The notes below the pieces were generated by a model. The model ran no database searches. It was not told the origin of the DNA and saw only the letters and a program-made list of their open reading frames with translations. From IMG/VR virus record IMGVR_UViG_3300012953_000020, positions 26,911-90,910 of that record: 64,000 nt of DNA. One strand, written 5' to 3'. Positions 16,530 to 28,200 of this stretch are shown here, one piece after another (position 1 is the first letter of the stretch; the number at the start of each line of letters is the position of its first letter). The DNA is from a virus. The translations under genes were made by a program, and so were the position numbers.

Positions 16530-19237
16530 TAGATCACACTTATTGTGACATTGTCATCAGCAAAAAGATCAAAAGTAAAAGCAACATTACTAGTGGGTTG
16601 GATTAGGTAATCCTTCTGAGAGCCGCTGGTCAATAAAACACCGTTTACATACACGTCTATTCTTTCTGGATCATATGTCGCTTTCGAGAAATCAAAACTA
16701 GCGTTAAGCGGATTCCCGGCAGCTAAGACAGCGTTAATCGGTAGCATTATTTTCTTTCTCTTTACGTCAAAGTCTATGAAGCCGGCGTCGGTGGTCGTAA
16801 TTGACATAAAATCAGAGGGTCTGACAACTCTTTCATTCTCTAGAGCCTCGTGTGTGCCGAAGGTCACATAGGGTGCGTCGGCTCCAGCAAACCCTCCGCC
16901 GCCGCCAGAAGCCTTGTTTATTACGACCCCTAATGTGTCATTAGACTCAACGGGAAATGAGAACTGAAGGGCGCTGGCCCCTGTTAAACAGTAATCAGCT
17001 TGTGCGCTCTGAACCTGTGTAAGAGAACCTGATATCATTAGTGATCCATTTAGGAAAATGTCTATCAAGTGTGGGTCATACAGGACTTCGGCGGTGTTGG
17101 ACTCAGCGATAGATATATTTGTCAACGCGTTGGTGGCGGAGAGAGAGTACACTTCTTTGTCTCTAAGATTATCTACGCTAATTGTTACCGCGCCATTACT
17201 ACCAGTTGTGATGCTGACATTATTCCCAGACATCAAATAAGGAGAGCCGTCTGTCAGTTTTTGAAGAGAGCCTGCCAAACCTTGAGTCGCAGTTACAGTG
17301 CCATTGAATACGCTGTCTGTGACATTTACAATCATGCTTCCTGGGGAACCTACAGTTATATTACCAGTGTCTGTCTCCAAGTTTATGGGACCATTTCCTT
17401 TCACTATATCGTCAGCAGCCAGCCTCACGTCTTCGTCAAACGTATTTGTAATAATCACTTGTCCTATAGACGATGTCGTAACTGAAATTCCTGTTCCACC
17501 TTTAATAAACGCTTCCCCACTTGTCAGGGTCTGCATAGAGCCAGATACTTCACTGCTGAACTTTACGATACCTGCGAAGTCAGACCCAGATATGGTCGCG
17601 ACGATTGAGTCGTCAATTCTGGCAGTCACCGCAGAGGAACCGTTATAAGTAAAGGGTAAAAGCCCGGTGCTGCTGATTATGTTGTTTGGCATTTTTTGAA
17701 CAAAAATGCCAGACGAAGTTGCTCCAATGGTGTCATTCGCAATTTTAACAGATAGGGCTGCGGGAGTTGTAGGACTAAGAGCCACAGAAGATATTGTATT
17801 GCTTCCTTGCACTAACGTCGATCTATCAACAGAATCCGCTATAGCAGCAATAGTCGTCTTTCTATTAGATCCCCCGGACTCGAATAGCATCAGATCACTT
17901 CGGTTAGGGGTGGCAGACGAGAGTGAAGCAACGCTGATTGAATTGCTAGCGTTAACAGTTAAGGTTCCATGGGTGGAGTCTTTCGATATGCTGATATTGG
18001 TGCCAGCCTTTATTAGATCGTTTCCATCTCCCCCATGTAGCACTTTTGTTTGTAGATTTCCGCCAACAGTCATATTCCCAGTAAAAGTGTTGGAGCTAGC
18101 AGCAAGAAGCGGGACCGTAGCAGTATCAATAGCGATAGTCGTGTTTGTAGATCCGTTAAAATTTAAAGATGCGATGCCTGTTGAGTGAGTTAAGGCGCCA
18201 GGGGTAGAAGTAACAGATACGCCGGAGGACGAAACAGATACTGTAGAGCCGTCTCCCTTGACTTGGATAGTCTTAGCCGCGGTGTTGTTATAAGTAATCC
18301 CAGAAGTGGTATACTCAACCCCATTTCCTGCTGTAAGTGCGTTGCTTAGAGATGCTGGCCGAAGGGCGGCGACAGTCACCTTTTTAACATTACCGCTGTC
18401 TGACGTATCTCCTATGAGTACCACATCATCATCAGCTATTGAAGACTCAGACGCTGCAGCAGATGGCGATACTATTAACTTGTTGCTAGAATCAAAAGCC
18501 AGTCCTGCGTTGGTAGCCAGGTCTACTTTTATTGTCCTAGCAGAACTGTTATCGTAAGTTGTCCCTGAAGTGTAAGCTATTCCTTGTCCTGAAGTCAATG
18601 CGTTATTAAAGGTAACAGACGCTTGAGCGTTTGTACTAATACTGGAAAAGTTAAATTTCTTAAGAGTGTTGTCTGTCGCGTCCCGCATTATTAGAAAATC
18701 GCCAGCCGTTGGTGTGGCTTCAGACAATGTGTTAATATCGACTTTTAGCTTTTCGGAAGAAATCCCTAAACCAGAATTAGTTGCTAGAGATATTCTCAAA
18801 GTATCAGCAGAAGCCCCCGTGAATGTTGATCCGCCTGATGATAACTCTACACCGTTTCCAGCTGTTAAAGCATTAGTCAATGTGCCAGAGAACCCAGTCC
18901 CTGAAGTCCCTATCGTGATAGATCCGTCGGTGTTGTTTGTGATAGTGATGTCAGAATCGCCCCTAAGATAGCTAGTACCGTCAGGTAGCTTTTGCAGGGA
19001 TCCTGTTATCCCAGATTTCATTAGAGCGCCGCCTGTGACAACTAGGTGAGACTTAAACTCATCACCAGAAAGCTCGGTATAACCGATTTGAAAATTGTGG
19101 GGTGAAATTGTACGTGATATTGCTGTTGAATCAGCGTTGGGCACTGACGTCATTTGTGTCGTACGAAGTGTCTGCCTATCTTCATTCGCTTTCGACTTAG
19201 TACCAACACGGTACATGTGCTGTTTCATGTTTGCCAT
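16529..19237 (-). CDS. Repetitive tail-fibre-like protein (902 aa)
   Basis: Internal repeats NALT[AS]G[NQ]G x3, GS[LM]Q[KT]L..G...G..I.[IV]T x3 and [DS]D......D.....KK.T...[IL] x3. Two C-terminal ID[IV][FY][LV]NG.L domains. Confidence 0.75.
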   Translation of the reverse strand: MANMKQHMYRVGTKSKANEDRQTLRTTQMTSVPNADSTAISRTISPHNFQIGYTELSGDEFKSHLVVTGGALMKSGITGSLQKLPDGTSYLRGDSDITITNNTDGSITIGTSGTGFSGTLTNALTAGNGVELSSGGSTFTGASADTLRISLATNSGLGISSEKLKVDINTLSEATPTAGDFLIMRDATDNTLKKFNFSSISTNAQASVTFNNALTSGQGIAYTSGTTYDNSSARTIKVDLATNAGLAFDSSNKLIVSPSAAASESSIADDDVVLIGDTSDSGNVKKVTVAALRPASLSNALTAGNGVEYTTSGITYNNTAAKTIQVKGDGSTVSVSSSGVSVTSTPGALTHSTGIASLNFNGSTNTTIAIDTATVPLLAASSNTFTGNMTVGGNLQTKVLHGGDGNDLIKAGTNISISKDSTHGTLTVNASNSISVASLSSATPNRSDLMLFESGGSNRKTTIAAIADSVDRSTLVQGSNTISSVALSPTTPAALSVKIANDTIGATSSGIFVQKMPNNIISSTGLLPFTYNGSSAVTARIDDSIVATISGSDFAGIVKFSSEVSGSMQTLTSGEAFIKGGTGISVTTSSIGQVIITNTFDEDVRLAADDIVKGNGPINLETDTGNITVGSPGSMIVNVTDSVFNGTVTATQGLAGSLQKLTDGSPYLMSGNNVSITTGSNGAVTISVDNLRDKEVYSLSATNALTNISIAESNTAEVLYDPHLIDIFLNGSLMISGSLTQVQSAQADYCLTGASALQFSFPVESNDTLGVVINKASGGGGGFAGADAPYVTFGTHEALENERVVRPSDFMSITTTDAGFIDFDVKRKKIMLPINAVLAAGNPLNASFDFSKATYDPERIDVYVNGVLLTSGSQKDYLIQPTSNVAFTFDLFADDNVTISVI

Positions 19238-19243
19238 GTTACT

Positions 19244-19250
19244 TAATTAT
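19244..19250 (-). promoter_or_regulatory. Putative late promoter ATAATTA, 6 nt upstream of ATG
   Basis: Minus strand reads ATAATTAAGTAACATG and shares ATAATTAAGT with the site upstream of 8473. Confidence 0.55.
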
Positions 19251-19273
19251 TTGACAAAAGGTTTTAGTCACCT

Positions 19274-22200
19274 TTAAAATTCTGAGAATGGATCGCCGTC
19301 GCCGGGACTGAAGATGGAAATCTGTTCTTGTATAATTTCGCTATTTAATCGAACACGACCGCCCTTCCCTCCTCGGCTTGGATGAGGTAAGTCGAAAAAC
19401 GGCACTCTTGATCTCTGGTACCTGTCCAGGTTCTGGGAGAACAGGAGATTTAGGGCGCTATTGTTTGTTATCTCGCGGCGAGCTGGATCAAAAAACCGTG
19501 TCTCCACAGTCACTGTCCTGTTATCAGCGCTTATCTCATTATTGTTATTAAATGTACCCTCTACGTTAGTACAAACTGCCAGCTTTCTGCCCTCTAAAAG
19601 ATCGCAAAAATAACCAAAGTGGTTTCTTCTAAAAACCACCTTAGGACGAAGATGATCATAATTCATCATTCCGTACTTCACCCCCTTGGGGTGCTCTAGG
19701 GTTTGTCGTGTCTGCTCTGGTAACGCGTTCCAGTTTCCTCCGCCATAGGCATCGCTAGCGGCGGCGGTAAAATTATCCGGAAAACCAACACCGTCATGAC
19801 CAGACATGCTACCAGTGTTTACGGTCATTAAGTTCCTGTTGACCCCTGAACCAAAGCCGAAAAGCAAAGCTGCGGCTTGTCTAAAGCTACTGTCATTGAC
19901 TTGATCAATTTGATCTGTATACACTGGCTGTAAAGTGGCCCCAGACAAGTCTGTTATTTTTATTTTTTGAGTACCAGCGTCATAAAAAGTGTGGTAAACA
20001 TCACTATAATCGCCGCCTTGTGTAGCTTTCATAACTGAAACGAGTGTATCTGTATTTAAGTTAGAGCTCTTATCAAAGAATGCAGCAGTGGCGTTGGTAT
20101 TTGTTATCGTCAGCTGCTTTTTAACTGTTGGACTTTGGAAGATCTTTAATGTGCCACCAGATTCTTTACCCGCAAAATTATACTTATCGTCAGAAGTGTT
20201 AAGACCAAAGTTCGCAAATTCTTCTGTCTTTGTTAAGTCCCTGTTGTCAGCAGGATCAAAGTCTTCTTCCGCGAATATGTTAACACGGTTGCCGGCTTCG
20301 TCGAAATTATAAGTCTCAAAAATGAAGCGATGTCTCCAATCTGCTACAAATTGACTTTCAAAAGTCGAGATTGGCAGATTGGTCGCGGCGTCTACGTGAT
20401 CTTTTGATCTAACAATAACCCTGGTGTTCGTGTGTAGAGATATTGAAGCGTTTTCCTTGCCCTTAACAAATTCAAGATTCAATACGTTTCTCGTCCCGCC
20501 AGAGCTGGCGATACTAGTGACATTAAATATCATAAAATCACCATCGTCGGCAGCGTGGTCCCTAAACTCTATTTGTGTCTCGCCGCCCGATACGGCAGCT
20601 ACAGCACCTCTAACGCTGAGCTGTATATTGGCTAGTTGGCCCATCGTAATAGAAGTAGTCGCTTGAGTTATTGTAGCGCTTGGCGCAGATTCCGCAGTAT
20701 CTGCATACAAACTACCAAGCGTGTCATTGAAGTAAGTGTTTCTCTGCCTGATAGGTGCGCCTATGAATAGTGCAAGATTATTATCATCAATGTATGTGCC
20801 ATTTTCTGTGTGCACCTGCAGTAAGACTGGAGACATTGAGAAATCTGATTGTCGACTACCTGAAGTTAAGAACTTGGTAGGGACAATTTTCTTCCCTGGT
20901 ACGTGGGCCGGCATATATTTCGATATATCAACAGGTAAGGAGTCAAAAAACACTAAATCATGATTTTCAGAAATGTTGCTGGAGTCGCCCTTATAAATTG
21001 ACATAAAACGATCAACAGAACCGGTTGTAAGTAAAGCCTTAGGGCTACCCCCAACTTCATTAGTCCTAGATCCAAAAGTTATAGTCGACACACTTGAGTT
21101 AGTCCTTACAAAAGACGTTGGAGAAATAATTTCTGATGCCATAGATCCAGAGAACTCAGAGTCTAATCTAAGCTCATATTGATCATATGTTTCATCCCCT
21201 ATCACAGAATACACCACACCGGGGTTTACATAGTCAGTCTTTCTCTTCGGATACCTGGGTACGTTATTCTGGATGTAAGAACCATATAGCACTAACTTTG
21301 ACTGGCTGTGGGGCCCGAAAGTGGTCTCAATGCATTTACCAGTGTCAATAGCTCGAGTTCGGTTGCCGACTGAATGAACCGTTTGTCTGTTGCCCATATC
21401 ATCGAGCTGTGGTGGTATTTGACCACCACCTAGATTAACGAAAGAAGGAAAACCAGAATGAAATCCCGGGACAGCTGTTTGGAAACCTAAAACGATGTCG
21501 TCTTCTGGCTCTAAAATGTATGGATTTTCTTCCTCAAAATTTGTCCCAGTTGAAATATCCTCTGTAAAGAAACTCTTATATTGGTCTTTAGTCGGATCAA
21601 ACTGGTCAAAACTGTCCAGGTAAAAAGACATTTGGTTAAGTTTAAAGCTCTGGCCGCTAGGAGCGTCGCCAGACACAGTCTTAGCAGCGCGTGTGCCTCC
21701 TAAGCCATCAAAATCGTAACTTCCAATGAAGTTTGCTGTTGGGCTCACATTCACAAATTGAGGTAGTGTGGCTTGTGAAGGATTATCGTACTGATCTAAA
21801 ATCGCGAGGCGATACGGAAAATATTTCGCCAACTTCGGTGTGGTTTTACAGCTCCCCTTAACAGCTATAAGTCCAGAGTGCAAATTGTAGTTCCCTTTGT
21901 ACGTATTCGCATGGGAAGTAGCAGTTGCGTGAGAGACAAACCTGATAGCCTGGAGCCCAGCGGGAGCAGTTATACCAGCTAGTGAGCCACCAGCGTTGTC
22001 AACCAGATCCGTCGTGCCATCCTCACCCTTAAAAGGTCCGGATGATCCTTTTTTTGAATGATTCAAGCTAGAGACCTTTTTAGGTATTGAAAACTTTAGA
22101 CCCGTGACAGTGTTACGTGGGCCTTGAGACGAATAAAGAACGTCTACAAATGGATTATCATGAGGATCGGCATCTATCTTGATATTTAATTCACGTCCCA

Positions 22201-25200
22201 AGCCATTCTCGAGAAGATTTAAACCATTAGAACCAGTCGTTTCAAAGCTGCCGAATACTCCAAGGTGAGGATGCTCCATCGTCTGCTTGTTAGAACCAGT
22301 TGAAGCCGTGATGTGGTCTGTTCCACGGTAATAAAGATGACCAGGATCATTGACGAAGTAATAGTGGCCGAGCTTTCCTGAATTTTCATAGGCCATCATT
22401 GCATAACCGTGATAAGCAACTTGTGAATATGCAATCAACTCACGTGTCGAATTGGTGATTGAGCAGCTCTGAGACGTTATATTGAAACCTCCTGCCCGAA
22501 TATAACTTCGGTATTCTTCTTGGCCAGGTGCTGTGTCTGTAGAGGGCGGTCTGTCGATAGTGTTACCGCTGTACACAAATTCTGATGTTGCGTGAGGACT
22601 TGGAGTGGCATCAACGGGCGTGGCATTGGCAAATGGTCTTATAAGGCCAGGGTCGCCGTACCCACCGCTAACACTATGCTCGTAAGCGAATGTATTTTGG
22701 TATTGATCGCCCCTAAAATCCCTCATACGGTCATCCAGAGTATAATAGAGGTACCTACTTAGATTAGTGTCCTGATTAGACGTTATCGAAGCTTCCGTCT
22801 GAAGATCAGAGCTGCTAAAATCAAGACTACTGACATTATCGATAGAAACTGTAAGGGTGTCAGAAGTAGTTCCGCCCAGTCGAGCAGTCAAAGAATTTGC
22901 AGATATATACGGCAAATTGTCAATAGGGTTTGTATACTCTTGAACAAATTTGATGATCTGTCTAATAGAGAGGAAGAGCTCAAAAATGTGCGGTTGGTAA
23001 TAAGGGCCGGCGCCGGCGAACTGTTGATAGACATTTTTAGCGTCAATACCGAAGATTAGACCCTCGCCGCTATAGCGCTTATTAACGTCATTATTAATGA
23101 CGACGGGAGTGGCGGTATCGTATAAAATACCACGTCTCAGCATGCCGAACCATGCCGCGTAGTCGGCACCGGTGGTAGCTGCACCCACCGTCGGCCCATC
23201 AAGAAAGCTATCAAAGCCTCGGGACGTCACAATGTAAATACGTATCTTATGAGGAATTTCCCTTACTTTCACGTTTGCAGACGTGGTTTCAACAGCCAGA
23301 TTTGTGATATTAGAAACTGCCGCAGATCCTGTATTGGCGTTTGTTTCTGACAAGTATATACGCTGTATTCCAGAAGCTTCACTGGGCACTGCGCTTACCA
23401 CAAGTTTGTTATTGTGACCGTTAGAGTGTACAATTGCCTCCCTAAGAAGTGTAAGAACGCCATGTTGGGTTGGAGGAGACGATGAAAAATCAAATCCAAC
23501 TGCGATTCCTGTCGCTCCGGAAGTAAGCGTGGCGGTAGTGGCGGGGCTGGAACCATTACTTTTAAGTGTTTGACCAGCCGTGACAGTAGCCAAGTGCGCC
23601 CGACCACCATCACCGGTGTCCGATATAAAATAGTCTACGACCGTGCCGTCTGCAGAATTGATAGTGATTTTTTGCCCGGCGGTCATTCCATGGGCGCCAT
23701 CACCATCAGTCACTTTTAATACTGCATTCATGGTACGTAACGCAGTGAAGACATTGCTGTATGTTACACCGGCGTGAGCTTCCGAGGCAGGAGTATTATC
23801 ACCGGCCTCTGGGGTGCTCGAATATATGTTAGACAGCTCGGCAGAGCCAGGAAAGCCAGAACCAGCGGAATATATACGGTACTTTCTGCCCTTGATAATA
23901 GAGTTCTTGATAAAGGGGTCAAATGCTGGACTGTGAGGCGTTATTTCTAGATACGGTAGATTGGTGTCACTTGTAAAAGTCCTAAGCCAAATGTTTATGT
24001 GGGCATCAGTGGCGGAACCAAAGAAGTGCCCGAGTACCGCGGTGGGGTTAGGCCATGCAATGTAGTCAATAAGGTACGGGTGGCCATAGACCTCGTATGT
24101 TTTCGGATGAGTCTCTGGAACAAGTCCAGAAAACGCGCTTTGACCATCAGCGAACACCTGCAAGTACATTCGTCCACCTGTAGGACCGGTCAACGCGTCT
24201 AGCGCTGTTGATTTAACTGCACCGGGTATCGGGACAGAGAATGTTGTGTCGACGCAGGGTTTCTCACGCATTAAGAAGAAAGTATCACAGCGCCAGAAAG
24301 CAGAGCCCTCGTTAGTCGTAGCGTTAGAGGTATCACCAGACGTAAGATAACCCGTGAACTGATCATCTCGATTGTAAATATTACCACCGACCCTGTGATA
24401 TGCTCCTTCTTTTTCAAGCCGCTCCTTAGTAAAAGATGTGAGGCGGTTACCATGATTGCTATAGCTGTTTGTTAACAAAGCGAAAGGTTGCGTCCTGTTG
24501 GTATGAGGATAAAACCTCTCGTATAATCGCTGAGCTTCGATATTCCTGAATCTATCGTCGTATAACCCCATGTAGCTAATTAGAGATGATGATTTAGAAC
24601 TATCAGTGTTGGAATAAGTTACGCCGTTAAGGTTTCCATAATTGCTAAATGGTAAATCGTCAGAAGTCTCAGGTAAGATACGAGCAATACCTTCTTGAAC
24701 TTCATCACGAATTGAAGAGCTACAGATTATCTCAAATTTCTCTAGCATGAACGGTCCGTCTAGATAATTAGACAGGTTTAATCTCTGACCGTCGGACGGC
24801 TTAAAGGTATCAGAGAAAGGAAAACCAAAGCTTGAGATAGGGCGCGCGCGGAGGGGCAGTTCCGCGTAATGCAAGTCGTTAAAATCTGTGCCTCTATTTC
24901 TATCATTTTCAGCCGTATGGATACCCCCTACAAAAGATGTATACTTACCAGCAAAATCTTCTGCTTCAGCGCCGGTAAAAGTTTTTTCCATAGTGAGTGT
25001 CGCGTTGGCGACAACATCGTCAGAGCCATTTCCAAGAAAAACCTGCGGGAATATTGAGACTTGATCATGATAAAAATCGATCACCAATTCGCCATCATTT
25101 CCAGACCCAGTGTTTGAAACTTCAACCCCTGAATTATTGGCGATAATAGCTTTCATCACATTGTCGTATGTAGCCTTCGCCGAGCTGCTATCTACCACTA

Positions 25201-28200
25201 CAGTGACAATTCGGCCTGATATAGCGCCAGTAGTACCGCTGACAAAGAACCTGTATTGAGTCTCTGATTTACCAGGGTTACCATAGCCATCGCTTGTTCC
25301 ATCTAAAACAACACAGATGCGCTGGCCCGAGTTGGGATTACCTACATATTTGAGCTTATATCTTACTTTAGCGTGGCCGGTGATCCTGAGGGGCTCGATC
25401 GTATTGTAAATTCGCTGATTACCCGCTGCGCCCGGTAATACTTGCTCTAGCTTAAGTGGAGTTTCCTTTAGAGGATCCACTATACCATAATCTGTTATAT
25501 CAGACGTTGAAACAGGAGCACTCACGTTAGTTGAATAATTTAAGTCTGGCACCAGCGTTGCGACCTTAGCAGAAGGGCCTACTTGGCTGTCTAGTGTGTA
25601 CACCCTGTACGTTCCCGGACTCACATAAAAGTATAGTCTGGTGCCTGCATCGTAAGAGCGACCAAAGGCGATCTCAAAGGTGACAACCAGATTAGAGTTG
25701 ACTACAAAACCGCTGGGACTTCCGGAAGCTGTTAAGCTAACAATAGAACCCCACGTTGACTTTTGAGTATCAAGAGGTAGGGTACAGTTTATTTTGTCCG
25801 TATGCCCGACAGATATCGCGCTCTTTAACTGAAATAGTAGGCTCTGATTGTTGACTCCAGAAGTGGTTGTGGTAAGAGCAACTGCCACTGCGCCATTTTT
25901 TGCTGTTACGACAGCCGACGTTCCAAATCTATCCACAGCGGCCCCATCTACGACAGTGGCGCCAGTGGAGAGAGTTGTAAAATCGTCTCTATCAACGAAG
26001 ACGTAGTCTTTAGTCGTCCCATCAGTCGATGTCAATTGGAGCTTGTGACCAGCTGTGATTTGTCGGCCGCGGCCGGTGGTGCCGATCCTCTTAAATGATT
26101 CCATATCAGCTCTAGCAAGAGACCCGCCAGATATACCTGCGTTATGCTTGGAACGAGTGAAGGGCACCACCACAGATGTACCACCAGCGTATGTTCCCAT
26201 CGCTATCTCGACGTAGTGTTGGGTAGAATCTTTTTTTATCTCTATCAATGTACCTGAGGGGTTGGCAGAAGCGAAATCGCTGGCTGCTGAAGCGTCAGCA
26301 AAAGTTAAATTTCCGCTAGATCCAAAGGTCACACTGGCTGGTGAGGCCGCCAGCAAGGAGGCACCTGAACCTAAAGTGTTACTATGCGTTTCAGTTAATG
26401 AGAACGCGCTACCACTTACATAGGAAATATAAGCGCAGGCTAGTCCTAGGACGTCTTTACGATGAATGCTGAAACCATAGGTACCTCCAAATCCGATAGG
26501 GGCTCCGTCTTGAAATGCTGCAACTGCATCAATAATGGCTTGGTTACGTGTAGTACCAGCTGCCGCAGCTGTCCGGTCTGTCTCAATCTTTGGGGAAAAT
26601 GTCGACTTTGTAATGGACTCCCACTTTTTATCTGCAAAATTGAAATAGCCCATTGGATTATAGTTTGCAACTGCAAAGCCGTCAGAGGTTGCGTCAGCTG
26701 ATCCTGTTGTGAAGCCAAGTGTGGTCTTTTGAGATGGGTTTATGTCGATTTCTATTCTAACTCTATTACGAGTGCCGGCATTAAACCTGCTAGCAGAACC
26801 TGATAGGACTGAGCCGGCAGCAAAGTAAGACAGAGCGATGTCCATCCTATCATCATCTACAAAGGGCTTGCTGATGGTGAGACTCGGTTCCCTGATAAAA
26901 AGTGACTCTCTAGCCGCTAAAGAAACATCTGGGTTCAACATCAAATTGAAACCAGTGATATCGAACAGGAAGCTAGACGGGCTTTGTGTACTAGTCCCGT
27001 ATCCAATAAAGTTTACACGACTTACACTGGCATCCGGATCGTTAGGAGTCAGTGTAATAACTGCGTTGTTAGTGCTAACTTCTATCGGTAAATTATCTTT
27101 AGCTACTGAGTCTGCTATTGAGTTTGCTAGGGAAGTCGCTAAATCAGAACTTGATGTTAAGTCGGACGTCCCTACGTTATATCGATTAGACGAAGCCATG
27201 GTTAGCTTAGAGTCTAGTCTAGCGCTGTATCTAATACCTTGTACTACGAAACTTATAATAGGCTTAAGAGGAGTATTATTATCCTTGTAGCTGCGCGGCT
27301 GATTTTGCACATCCACGAATTGTCTATTAATATCACGTTCAGCAGTAGGGTCTGATAGTAAATTTTCTATATATTCTTGATCTACCGCAGAGCCCTCTAT
27401 GAAATTTTGTAACCCGGTAGCGCTACACTCTATGGTAGCTTTAACATCTTCAGCTACCTTACGACCGACGACTATTTTCTTATCTCGTGGTGTAGAAGAA
27501 AAGTCAACCAATCGAGGGTCCGGTGATTTTAGTCCTGACATTCTCAAGTCTGAGACGGTTATGTTGGAAGCTGGGCTACTGGAAACAACACATAAGGATG
27601 TAGGGGCCGGTTGTATCAAACAAAAATCAGCACGCTTTCCAAACTCATTGTCTGAAGAAGGGTTCTCAGTTATTGTAAGCGATTTACCGAAGTCTGGGAT
27701 TAGCGTCATACTGGCTTTATTGGAAGAACCGCCGTTGTTGATCGCAGTTATGCCGAAACTAGAGACAGCGTTTATTTTTGCGACTAGCTCAGCGACAGCC
27801 AGAGTGGCGGCTCGGTCAGTACCAATACCCACTTTATCAGAGTCTGCATGATCTAAATTGTCTCCGGAGCCAGCTGCGGTCGTGTAACTAGAAGTAGCAG
27901 TCCCATTAGATATCTGCAGTACTTGTGACGTTGGGATATTACCTGTATCGAAGGTGTTGTTAAAAGTTACCACTTTTGCAGAACTGTTATACTCGCTACT
28001 TGCAGATCCGGCAGCTTGATACTCGATCTTAATTGAATTAAAAGAAAGTCTAGAAACTTTAACAGGGATCCCTGAATATTTTCTGATCTTATTTAGCAAG
28101 CCTTGCAGCTGATCTACAACAGCGGTTTGAGTTGACAGACTGTTTATACCACACCCAAACCTAGTGGCAGCTGCAACGGGTGCCTTAATGTTGCTAGAAT

